NCBI RefSeq assembly: GCF_009834535.1
Contig: NC_045697.1
Coordinates: 70,992,001-71,056,000 of the forward strand
Length of the DNA stretch: 64,000 nt
Reading direction: 5' to 3'
DNA from: Camelus ferus
Taxonomy: Eukaryota
In this document: piece after piece, positions 42,303-54,710 of the stretch
Numbering within the stretch: the stretch's first letter is position 1
Layout of the letters: each line of letters starts with the position of its first letter
Notes under the pieces: generated by a model
Seen by the model: the letters and a program-made list of their open reading frames with translations, nothing else
The model's database searches: none
Told to the model about the DNA's origin: nothing
Made by a program: the position numbers and the translations under genes

Positions 42303-42675
42303 TTATAAAAGTTAACAGTCTTTGTGTTTCTATGCAGACTTTATGTTTTTAAAATTATTAGCTCATATCTACAAAATCTAATGGTAATATTGACCAAGTA
42401 TAGGTCAACAGACAATGGATAAATAAAAAATGGGGATGTGAATATACTATAAATCTATGAAGGAGAAAATGGCTACTTTTGAATTTGTATTTATTTGTAC
42501 AGTTTTGCTCCTAGATCTAGACCAGATTACAAACTTACGTTCCTAGGGACCAAGTGAATGCTGGATCCCTTTTTTAATTTGTTTAGTCCCCTAGAGAACC
42601 TAGCTTAGTGATAGGCATGTGGTCTTGTGTTTAACAAAAATTATTGATTGATGAATTAATATATTTTACTTTATC

Positions 42676-43203
42676 AGCTGCACCTTGAGAGGGGATTTAA
42701 AAGTGTGTTGCTGTGTGCGCTGGTAACAACATGCAATGAGTGAATTAAGGGGAAACGAAAGAAATGAGGACTGTTAGGATAATTTATATGATCTCATTAG
42801 GATAATACAACTCTTTAAAAATAACAGATACATAATTTTGACTGGGTTCAAGCTAAAATGGCTACCCTTTTTTCTTACCCCTTTGTATTATAATTCAAAA
42901 GTTGCTATTTTATTTCACAAACTACCTGTCAAATTGAAAGGTTAGGATAACCATGCTTTCCTCACATTTCTGATATTAGTAATAATCATTATACAAAAGT
43001 GATTAATGGCTCTAATATTTTGAAAGGCTTGTACAATAACAAAAAAAAACCCAGTTTATTATAAACATAGTGGCCATTGGTATGTTACAAGGCAAGACAA
43101 ACTTATATTTAAAAAGTTGTCTGTTAGTATGCCCTAGTTTTTCAGAAGAATTGGCCTTTTCTTTCTTTCCTTCCTTCCTTCCTTTATTCTCCCTTTATTT
43201 TGT
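42676..43203 (+). repeat. Left arm of a 528-bp inverted repeat in PPP3CA intron 9
   Basis: Reverse complement of 44383-44910, with 12 substitutions and two 2-nt indels by manual alignment. Confidence 0.97.
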
Positions 43204-43479
43204 GAATACTGATTTTCAAAAATGAATGTGTTGATACATAGATCATTGCATTTCATTTTCAAAAAGGTTTTACAAATGGGGTTTAGGTAAATTTAATAAG
43301 AAATTTAGTTGAGTAAATGCATTACAAGAGGGTTGTATAAAAGCATTATACACAGAAAATTAGTACTGCATGACTTTTTACTAAGTTGCATGCTATTTGT
43401 ATTGAATATTTTAAACAATTAGGTTGGGTTCTATTGTGAATGGGAAAAGAAGCTTGTCCACTATTTCTTTCAAGAATTA

Positions 43480-43627
43480 ATTTCTTTTTTTTTTTGTAGG
43501 GGGAGGTAATTAGGTTTACTTATTTATTTATTTTTTTATTTTTTTAAGAGGAGGTACTGGGAATTGAACCCAGGACCTTGTGGATGCTAAGCAAGCACCC
43601 TACCACTTGAGCTATACCCTCCCCTCT
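43480..43627 (-). mobile_element. tRNA-derived SINE (camelid Vic-1-like)
   Basis: Minus strand reads ggggagggtaTAGCTCAAGTGGtagggtgcttgcttagcatccacaaggtcctgGGTTCAATTCCCagtacctcc, with Pol III A and B boxes and an A-rich tail. Target-site duplication AAGAATTA at 43472-43479 and 43628-43635. Confidence 0.85.
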
Positions 43628-44382
43628 AAGAATTACTTTTTAAAATCAATATTTTTCTAGCATTGAAGATACATGATAAAGAGTAAAACTTAAGTGGAGC
43701 CAACATTAATCCAAAGCTTTAGTTTAATTATCAAAAGTGAATTATGTATACAAATACATTAATATTTTCTTTTATAACAGATATTCAAAATCTGAATAAT
43801 TAATGGAAATAACTGAAATGATGCATGTTCTAAGGGAAGTTGTCAGGATTCACATTGCTTTGGTTTCCATGCTGTGGTCTGGCCGATTCAAGAAAGTGGA
43901 GACATGGAGTGGTACTGGGAACCTTTACTTGTGACTTATTTTGGTATTGAAAGGGAAGATTTCTTTGCTGGCAATTCATAACTTCTTGGTTTAATCATTT
44001 TTGGATATTTAAGGGAAAAAGCCATAAATATTGTAGGAAAATAAATATATACAGTATTAACATGCTATAAATATAAATATTAATATAAAATAGCATAAAT
44101 AGTAAAATAATAAATACATATAAACATTAATGTATGTATTATTATGAATAGTTCAGAAAGATGTACAGCTCTTCTCTGAAATCCCCCACAGGGCATCATT
44201 TTTTCTTGAACACACACAAACTCCTATGTTTATTACGATGCCCATTCACTGTGATTTGTGAGAAGCTGCATGAGCAATGATCCAGCTTATCACCATCATG
44301 CCTCCTGCACTGAAAGCTCAAGTTCAGTGGATGCAGACCTTTCCCCAAAATTTTTGCTGAGGCTTTGGGTCAAAATACAAAA

Positions 44383-44910
44383 ACAAAATAAATGGAGAAG
44401 AAAGGAAGGAAGGAAGGAAAGAAAGAAAAGGCCAATTCTTCTGAAAAACTGGGGCACACTAACAGACAATTTTTTAAATATAAGTTTGTCTTGCCTTGTA
44501 ACATACCAATGGCCACTATGTTTATAATAAACTGGGTTTTTTTGTTATTGTACAAGCCTTTCAAAATATTGGAGCCATTAATCACTTCCGTATAATGATT
44601 ATTATTAATATCAGAAATGTGAGGAAAGCATGGTTATCCTAACCTTTCAATTTGACAGGTAGTTTGTGAAATAAAATAGCAACTTTTGAATTATAATACA
44701 AAGGGGTAAGAAAAAAGGGTAGCCATTTTAGCTTGAACCCAGTCAAAATTATGTATCTGTTATTTTTAAAGAGTTGTATTATCCTAATGAGATCATATAA
44801 ATTATCCTAACAGTCCTCATTTCTTTCGTTTCCCCTTAATTCATTCACTGCATGTTGTTACCAGCGCACACAGCAACACACTTTCAAATCCCTTCTCTCA
44901 AGGTGCAGCT
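44383..44910 (-). repeat. Right arm of a 528-bp inverted repeat in PPP3CA intron 9
   Basis: Reverse complement of 42676-43203; ends 122 nt from the exon 9 donor. Confidence 0.97.
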
Positions 44911-45024
44911 CGTGAGTTTTACTGGTTAGGCCGAGGTGTTTCTCTTTCTGAGTATTTCCAAATAAAAGAGGCCACATTTCCTCTCCTTCCTATGCCATTT
45001 TATTAAGAACATCTCAGGATTTCA

Positions 45025-45198
<174 letters not shown>

Positions 45199-47116
45199 CT
45201 ATTTCTGCTTCTACATGTGGTTTTCCTGGATCCAGAAAAACTCAACTACTTGACTTAAGTTCCAAAACATCAAGGCAAATAGCTTCATTAGTCATGAATG
45301 TTTATACTACTGACGGACTTAAACTTCCCTCAGTGTAATATGTAACTGCACAATATACGAATACGATGAATGAAATGACATTATAACTTGGCACATGCTA
45401 TAGACAATAGTTAATCAAATGTCTGTTAGGAATTGGATCAAGCTCCTCTTGCAGCCAAGAACATTCTAGTCTTACTTAATACCTGGTGACACTAATAAAA
45501 GTAGCATAGCTAAGTTAGTATGACGTAACTTAATAACCACCTCAAATATTTGAACAGAACTTGTTTCTATTTTTTTTAAAGCACACTTTTCTCCCAGTAG
45601 AACTCACAACAGTTGTACAAAATAGGTTAAATTAGACTGAATTAATTAAGTAAAATGTTTGGATTGAATCCTGCCTAAAATATGCTGGCATCTGACTCTA
45701 CCCTTAACTTCTGAAAGGGATGCACCATCCAGAAAAACAGGAAGATCAATCTGCCTGCTTCACTCTGCCTTGTCTGGTGTCTGGAGGTTAGATACACACT
45801 CACATGGAGTGTTACAGTTGCAGAGATGCTAAGAGCACAGCCAGTCTCACTTCTAACCAGGTTCAGAACTTCATCTACAGCAATCCTGACCCAGAGAGAG
45901 CCAGCCTCTGTGAATACTTTCAGTGAAGCAAAAGCTACCTGCTTTAACGGGGTTGTGTACTCTATGGATAGACAACTTTAAGTCGGGGCAGTTCTCAGGG
46001 TGAGTTTAAACCTTATTTACTACTAACTGATCCTCGTTCTGCCTTCTGGAAAAATACAGAACAAGTATGCTTCTATTTCTAAATGACATCCTTTAAATAT
46101 TAAGAACAATACTCTCATATCGTACCTTCCTGAGCTTTGGCAAGATTTTACTTTTATTATCCTATCATGGCATGATTAGCATTGCATTAGCAGAAACTGT
46201 TGAACGGATCCTAGATGATGTCAAATGGGTTTTTCTTTGTTTTGTTTAAAGATTTAAAATACAGAGAAATTAATTGTTTCATTACTTTTCAATTCTCAGC
46301 TGACTTTTACATAAAGATATGTTACAGCATGTGATTGCTATGGATAAAGACAGCCCTTCAAAACCTATTTTTTGAGAAGTTACTGGAAGTTTGCTGGGTT
46401 TGAGCTTTTGCATTAATGTCTGCACTGATATCCTACTTAACTTCTTACTTAGTGATATCTTAAACATGACATTGCTTTCGTAGCTCCACATTTGTTCTTT
46501 CACCCGGAATGTTTTCTCAGAAACCTCTGAGTAAGTACCCCACCCTTTGGTGCCCAGGCCAAACACTATCCCCTCTGTGAAATCTTTCTGATTTCCTCTG
46601 GTGGATGTGTCTCCACTGAATTCCTAGAGCTCTTGACTCACATCTTAATATTGCATTTATTATTCAATTTCTGATCACAGCTATTCTATGTATATACATA
46701 TATGCCAATGTCTCTCTCTGTCTGTAGGCTAAGTACCATAGAACAGGCTTCTTATTTCCTTATGCTCCACATACCACCTTCTTAGCATGGATGCTCAGAA
46801 GCTAAGGATTCTTCTTGATATTTCCCCTATAATCTTTTTCAAGAAAACTCTTCTCAATCCCACCTAGAGACAGCTTCTACAGTCTTTCCCCCATCCTGTT
46901 CATCCTGTTCTGGATGCATGCCCCATCAGCAACGCCATTGTTAAAGTGTGGCTCTGAACTAATACAATCTTAGTGAGTTTGATCAGTGTGGAGTATGGGA
47001 AGGATACAGAGTTTTCTGTGATTTGCATACTCTATACATCATACTGCAGCCTAACAATAAGTGGAGGTTTTCAGCAGCTTGCAGTTAACTAAAATCATAC
47101 TTGAGAAGAGTAAGAT

Positions 47117-47624
47117 TATAATAGGGAAGAACAAATCTGACTCCATATTAGATCTGTTCCTTTAGCTCTAACCCCGTGCTCTGTTTTCTATGTTTAGTCA
47201 TGCTAATTCTGCACCTTTTATAAAAGAATGTTGCGTATAGCCTGAAATATACAGGAGAGCCCATTCTCCAGGCTCTGACCTTTAGGGGTATGACACTTTT
47301 CCATTGATACAGAGACAGAAAGTTGCAGAACAGAGAATAACATTTCCCTTTTGGAGGTTTTACAGCTGATCTATGTGGACAGCTGTAAGAACAAAGGATT
47401 CTGACACCAAGAAGTTTGCAAAAACCAACCAGCTCCTCCCCTTCTAGTATAAAAGGAACCTGAATTCTGTCTTGGAGAAGATGGTTCTCTAAGATATCAG
47501 TCCCTCATCTTCTCAGTCTGCCAGCCTTCCAAATAAAGTCGTTATTCTTCCTTGTCCCAACCCCTTGTCTCCCGGTTTATTGGCCTGTCATGCAGTGAGC
47601 AGAACAAGTTTGGACTTGGTTACA
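47117..47624 (+). mobile_element. Solo LTR, ERV1-class (MER41-like), antisense to PPP3CA
   Basis: Termini TATAATAGGGAAGAACAAATCTGACTCCATATTAGATC...TTGGACTTGGTTACA, TATAAAA at 47448-47454, AATAAA at 47532-47537, and an imperfect 4-bp duplication AGAT/AGGT. Confidence 0.75.
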
Positions 47625-50600
47625 AGGTCTTTTCCTTGCATATTTCAGGCTGACCAACACAACTCCAGGGAACAGAATCACAGACGGTTTGGGGACAAGA
47701 AATGCAGAGAGTGCAGTCCACACTGAACGCACTGAATGAAGGGAGTTACTGTCGTCTTCCCATGGAATACCAAATCCTGCATATGCATCTGTAAATCCAT
47801 TCTTCTTGGCATTATCCTGTCATTCACGCCATATGTCATGTGGCCTAAGGATATGTTCACAAAGTATTAAAAACATGCAAAATGAAAAAATCATGGCGAA
47901 TTACAACATCAATCCCTCTGATCTGCCAGACGGGAAAGGTGAAGTTCTTCCTGCCTTTGTGAAGTGCTGCCTGAGCGCTTGTTCCATGGAAAAGACCGTG
48001 ACTATTTTTGACTACTGCACATTCTTAGCAGGAATGTATCCTCCTATCTTCAAAAGAAGCTTTTAAGGTTCTAAGTTATCTTTTTGAAGAGTAATTTCTC
48101 CTCTAAGTTTCCCATACCTTTTATCAGCGTTGGGTTGGTACAGCAGGAAGATGGAAAATTAAGTGCTGTAACTGACAGTACCCCAGAGGAAAGAGAGGCT
48201 TTCTATAATACGGCATTTCATCCTCATCACAAATCTGAGAAGGAGGTGTGGCTACCCTCACGTTATAGACTAAGGATTGGAGGTTGAGAAATGAAGTGAC
48301 TTGCTCAGAATCATGCAACCAGGAACTGGAAGAGCTCATTCAAATTCAAACTCAGCTTTACTGACACTAAATCCACTCCCTTTCCACCATTCCCTCTGTC
48401 TCTCCTAAATTATAAATGTATGAATTCTAGTCCTAGCTGTTATACTAATTTAACTTTTAATATGGTATTCATAATTAAAGAGATTTTAGCTTTTTGCCAA
48501 AATACTTGTTTGAGAAAAATGAAATAGGATGCAAATTCACAAGCGTGGGTGAGGCTTGTCCAATAGATAAAACAGAAGTTCTGTTTTGTAGCTGGTGAGA
48601 TAAAGCATTTGTTCATTTGATATTGGCTCAACACAATTTATCTGAGAGCCTACGGATAAAGCAGATACTGTTTACAGATTTTATTTTTGTTAATTAACAG
48701 CAGAAATAACACAATTTAACAGTAGCTATGTTTTCTAAGCATCTGCTCTGTACCAGATACTATATTTGGTTTCTTGCAGATATAATCCCAACTCTTCACA
48801 GTAGCTCTCAAAAGTGGTTCTTATTTACACTTTGAAAATAAGTAAACAGAGAAGTTATTTTTCCAAGGTCACATGAGAGAAGCAGCAAACCTCGGTTTGG
48901 GTCTGAATCTGAAGTCCTCATCTTTCTAGCACTCCACAATATTCTCACTCCAACTGCATAAATCATTCGACACCAATCAAGTTTTAGACACAGATTCTTC
49001 TTCCACATTTATTCTTTTTAAAAAGGAGTACTGGACTGGAAGGCCAGGAGCCTAGACTGCTAGATGGATTCTGTCATTGATTACTCAGGAGACTCAAGGT
49101 CACTTAATGTTTCTATGCCTCTACGTCACCTAAACTACATGGGCTTACCCAGATAATTTACATGACCTCTTTCAGATCTGAATGATGTTAACAAAATTCT
49201 GGAACAAAGACTTCATCATTAATGCAATAATCGAGGAATATTCTCAGTAATTCTAGAGGCTACTAAGGTAATTTTTTTCTTATTTTTCTACCGGTTAAAA
49301 AAAGAATAACTTTCACTTCAAATGCAAATACAACAATATGTATTCTTTTTTCTTCAGCCACATAAAAGATGCATGCAAAAATACTTCTTGAATAACCTTA
49401 CACTCATAAGTTATGAATTTTGATTTTTTGGCATAATAAATCTATGTATCAAAAAACGAAAAAAATTAAAACAGTTCCAAACATCCAGTCACGAAATTCA
49501 CAGTTAGCATTTCATCTTCCACCTCCCACGTCCTCCGCCCCTTCCTCCTGCCTCTGACTGTCCCTGGGATTACGAAACTCCTCTGAAGCCCTAACAGTGT
49601 GCTTGTCTCTGAAGTACTTGAAAGACGTTTATCTCCAGTGCAACATAAATAATACAAATGGTTGTACTTCAAGAATCACTCAAGACCACCTCTGGAGACC
49701 TTGTCTGAGAAACAGAGAGAGGAAAAAAGAACAAAGTCTACCGTCAAGGAACTCCTCTGTTCCGCGGGCGATTACACATGACCTCGAGTCCTTTCACAAC
49801 TGCATCAAAAGCCTGGAGAGGGATTATGGTACGTATACATGCCATCAATCGTAACTCAGCGCAGATCAGACAGCACAGAAACAAACGCTCTTCTCCTGCA
49901 CATGCAGCTGTGAAGAACAGCCAGAAGACGTCTGGCATAGTGGAAAGAACAGTAACCCCTGTGGATCTGGAGACCTGACTGCCAGTTCTTTCTCGGCTGT
50001 CAAAATCATGGTTGCAAACTTGTGCAATATCTTGGGCCAATATTTTTATTGCAGACCCTACAAAGCATGCAAAGCAAGCTTATGTAAAGCATGCTTATAT
50101 AAAAGAGATGAAACCAGTAATAAAGAGACTGCTTCTACTTGGGAACAGGGAAGAGGCCCTGGACCGCTACTGTTCCTAATAATGTAACTTGGCCCTCTGA
50201 TTGTAGTGAAACCCAAGGAATAGAATCTAGACACGAATCCAATCTTCCATCTACCAAACATGCACTAAATTGCCAGGCCATACCCAAACCTGTAAATTAA
50301 AAGGTTCTCTCCTACTTTAAAATTTGACATTTTGATGAGACACAAAAACCACTATTTCATAAGAACTTGATAACATTTCTCAGCATCTTCCTTACCGTTG
50401 CCACCAGAGGAAAGCTGATGACAGGGCAGTAAGTGACAAAAATAGGAAGGTCAAAGGAGAGCTTCCAGTTTAAGAGAAGTTATCAAAATATTGCTAGCAA
50501 GATGCAACGACCAGTTCACCCAACCATGGGTTTAACACAGTCCGAGTGGGTTTCAAGAGAAACCCAGAGCTCCTTTTCCGACAGCCTTCAGGTTAGCAAC

Positions 50601-53523
50601 TGTGCGGCTCCCCTCACACCTCAGGCATTCTCAGCACTACCAGGGCTGTTTGAATACAGGGGACAGAGAGCTCAAAAGAAGGGAAATGATACATTTTATT
50701 CCTTTTCACCCCTCTGCTACCATTTTTCCCCTCTTTAACTCTAATTGACCATCTACTCAAAAAGATGGGACAGAGGGAAAGAAAAGAAACAAAGATGAGA
50801 GGAAAGCAAACGGGGGTGCTTCACAGTCACTGTAAGCCAGCCAGAAATAGCAAAACAACAACAACAACAAAAAAAACAAAAGCATAATAGACCCCGGATG
50901 TTTTTGCTTTTCAACTCTCCTACCCCTAGGCACTTTCGTAGAAAACCTGGCGTCAGTTGTTCTTTTGGCAAAGTCCCACCCTCACTGAAGGAGGCATGAT
51001 AGCTTGATGGATAGAATTCTTGAGGTAGGACTAAGCACTCATAATGTCCTTTGGCAGTACTTTAAGATTACGTTGGTACACTGCATGAAAGAGTTGTCTC
51101 TCTGGGAGAGACGCTATAAAGTTTTAAAAATTTATATGTTTCCATAAAGATTATATTTGGGGGTGGTAAATTTTTAAAAAAAATTTGGGAAGATACATAC
51201 GCACACTCACATATATGCATAGTTATTATAGTACATGTTATAGCATCTATGAATACAATCTCTATGATTCCTGCCATTTAGAAATTTGACTTTTAACTCT
51301 TTTTTTTTTTTTCTTCTCAATGCCCTCTACTTGCCTGATAGATTCTGTTTTTAAAAGATTCCTCTTTCATTAGTAGTGACCAACATAAAGGAAATGATGT
51401 AGGTAAAGGGAGATTAACCAGGGCATGAGGGTTGTTGCACTTGGTGAGCAAGGGCTGCATTTCTCACTAGCTAGTTACAGCTCACAAGGTCAGGCACAAA
51501 GTAAGTGTTCAAATCACTGATGAAGATGGATTTCAAGTCTTCAATTTGCATGTAATTTTTTCATAATGATACTCTTCAGTATGGGTTTCCTGAGAAATTT
51601 AATAAATTGCTCGATTCAGTACCTAACGTAGGGTATTTCACAGGCAAATGCTCAGTAACTTCCACATAAAGACTGAATTGCAACCAGCTTGAAATGTTTC
51701 ATTATTAATGGATACAAACAGTAGGTGTATGTAATCTCCTTGAAGCAATGAGCTAATGATTTTGTATTTATTGAGAGACAGACACACATATGCTTCTATA
51801 GATAATCCTTTTATGCCCACAGCTAGACCTTGTTCCTGTTCTTACTTTGCACACGCCTCCTTCATGGCACCTATAACGCCTTCTTTAACTTTGTCACCAG
51901 TCTCCTACATAAAATAATGTTATCTTACATGAAGGAAGGTGACTATACTACATCTATCTGTGAAATAATCTGAGCCAATCGTATGACCATTTCTCTCTCT
52001 GTGTGTGAATAAGTATGTATGTGTGATGTGTTTCCCATCTTAGCATTGCATTAGTGAATTCTGATGAGTTGGGTATTATTCAAATATAGAATTTTGAGTA
52101 AAGTAAGTGGAAGGAAGACGACAGAAGAAAAGAAGAAGGCATGGATCTTTTTTTCTTTTATAGAGCTTTGTACCATACGTGGTTGATGTTCAATAATGTT
52201 GGTTTAAGAAAAGATTGAAGGAAAGGAAGTAGAGAAAAGAAGGACAAGATGGAGAAAGAGAGGAAGGAAAGAAAGAAGGCAGACAGGCGATGAAAGAGAA
52301 AATATAGAAAAATACAAAAACGTAAAACATAACCTGTCAGGACACTAAAAATGTAACCACGTATGAACAGAAGTCTGAAGGGTGCATGTAGGAATTTGGG
52401 GAAAAGGTAACATGTCACTTCAGAGGCTAAATTCTGTTTTAAAATTGTAAAAGAGTCCTGAAAATAGAAGAGTGGAAGTAATATTGGCTCTGTCACATAG
52501 TAACCATGTGAACTTGGGCAAATATTTCCCTTATTTGAGTTTTACCTTTCCAACTTGTAAGTTAGGAATAATTAAAGCCTGCTCTCTCATCTTCAAAGTA
52601 TGAAGATCAAATAAAATAATATGTGATTAATATTCATAATATATACAATCAGATAAAATACTTGGCATCTGAAAAATGTAAAGTATCATGCCTCAGTTTC
52701 ACATGCTTTGAGGAGAGAATGGCTATCTATCTTTAACAGTTTTGCCATTTTATAATTCCCACCTAATGTGTCACAGCAATATACGAGGACCCAGAGAATT
52801 TGGGCCAAAAATTGACCCTTGGAATTAGCTCAAGTCCAGCCAAACATTATGACTCATTTTTAATGTTACAGTTTCACATAGACAATTTGAGTTTCTACCA
52901 TTAAAATTTTTTTGCTAAGTCAACAAGAAAAAGTCATTGGCAGTTTTGAGCGCTTTACAAATTTGAGTCGGTACCCTCTTTTCAATTCTAATCCACACTA
53001 TTACAATGCTAAAGTAAGGTTTAATCAACCCTGGACTAAATGAGAAAGATTTAGCTGAAGCTTTAAACTGCTGAAGGACAAGGCATGGACGGAGTAAACA
53101 CTGAGCCACGCCCTGTTCTCATTCAACACAACTGGTACTTACCAGCTCCAGGTTCTCAACAAGGGTAACTGTCTCTTGGTGGGAGTTACCTTGAAAACGA
53201 GTGCCTGTATGTGTATGTATGCAATCACAGAACAGTCTTTTCACCTTCAAGCTTGTCCTTCATGTCAAGCCTTAAGCTGCAGCTTGAATTGGTTCTAGGC
53301 TGCTGTCTCCAAGACATCACTGGCACCAAGCTAATGTTAAGCTCATACTACTACTTCTTCTCCCGGAAGTAATGTCACTGTGGACTTTCTGACATTGTCA
53401 GGGTGAAGTCCAAGAGTCTCCCGCAGGTCTAGAACGTCTAGATAATGAATAGCAGGTGATAATCTGCTGACTCATATCTTCAAAATTTACTACATCTACA
53501 GTAAATATGCTATATATAGTACT

Positions 53524-53567
53524 ATATATATATATAGAGAGAGAGAGAGAGGAAGAGAGAGAGAGAG
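53524..53567. repeat. (TA)n(GA)n compound microsatellite
   Basis: Seen directly in the sequence. Confidence 0.9.
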
Positions 53568-54477
53568 TTCCTGTTTTTCCTCCTGTTAAATGCTTTATAG
53601 AGAATTAGATTTCTAGAGTAGTTTCAGTCCAGGGTAAGAGTCTAATAACCATCTGTCAGAACATGGACTGGAACACCTGAAGGTGCAGGCCTCAGTAGAT
53701 CCTGCCCAAGTGACAGCAGAAGAGCACTGACAAGGAAGGTGGATGGAGGACCCACCTTTGCTTGGGGTCCTGCCTTCTGCCCCACATAAGGCTTCACAGG
53801 ACATTGTGATCTAAAATTCTCTGATTCTATGGGCAAAGCTTTGTGAAAAGCGAGGATTACCTCACTCACTGCCACATTATACCTACTTTGTTGAAGTTCC
53901 GCAATTACTGAACTGCTGAAATTCACAATCGTGTAGCGATGATGGGTAAGAAATCAAGGTCATTTGTGAGAGCAAAGCCACACAGGTTATGTGTAGATTA
54001 ATTCAATTAAAATCTATAGTGAGAGCAGTTCTTAAATATTAAATCTTGATAGGTTTTCTGTTTTCTTTTTCACCTCCTGTCCCATTAATTAAATGTTAAA
54101 ATGTAAGCAAGGTGACTATGGGACTAAAACCAATCTATTCAGAAAGTGGCCTCCAGCAATGACACTTTCACGGCAGAGAGGAATAAACCACCAAGCAAAA
54201 GCACACATGCTTTAGAGGGTATCTTTTTAAGGGACAAATGATTTACTTCAGAATAATATGATACTCTTAAGTTTAGTCTTTTAATAATGTATATATTTGG
54301 ATGCGTAACACTCATGTAATTTTAAAGTGATAACAAAAAACCCTTCATTTCAAAAGCTTTCTTTTCTTATTGAAGAAAAGTCACCTAAACACAATGAAGC
54401 CGTGAGCTCAAAAGGGGATCAGTGCAAACACTGCCCTGAAAGCTTTCCCATAACAAAGCAGGCACAGAAGAGCAGCT

Positions 54478-54710
54478 AGGAGCTTAACCTGTGGGCTCTG
54501 GAGTCAGACAGTTGCTTTTCAATCTCAGTGCTATTCCCTGACCAGCTTGTATGATCCTTGGGGAAGTATGCAACTCCTCTGTGCTCTGGTTCTTCATCAA
54601 TAAAGTCAAGGTTATAATGTAATTCATAGAGTTGTTGAAGGATTAAATGCATTTACACGTGGAAATGTAGAGCAGTTTCTGGTAAATCCCCAATAAATGT
54701 TAGTTATTAT
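54478..54710 (+). mobile_element. MIR SINE
   Basis: gggctctggagtcagacag...ttcaatctcagtgct...ccttggggaagt...ctctgtgctctggttcttcatc...atagagttgttgaaggattaaatg...caataaatgttagttattatt. Confidence 0.75.

Noticed and set aside
43545..43622. Possible tRNA gene
   Set aside because: The tRNA-like head is followed by a SINE body, an A-rich tail and a target-site duplication, so it is a retroposed SINE.
42676..44910. Inverted repeat as a DNA transposon with long terminal inverted repeats, or as a driver of circular RNA
   Set aside because: There is no target-site duplication and no transposase remnant in the spacer. Both arms lie in the same intron and enclose no known exon, so they do not fit the back-splicing geometry.
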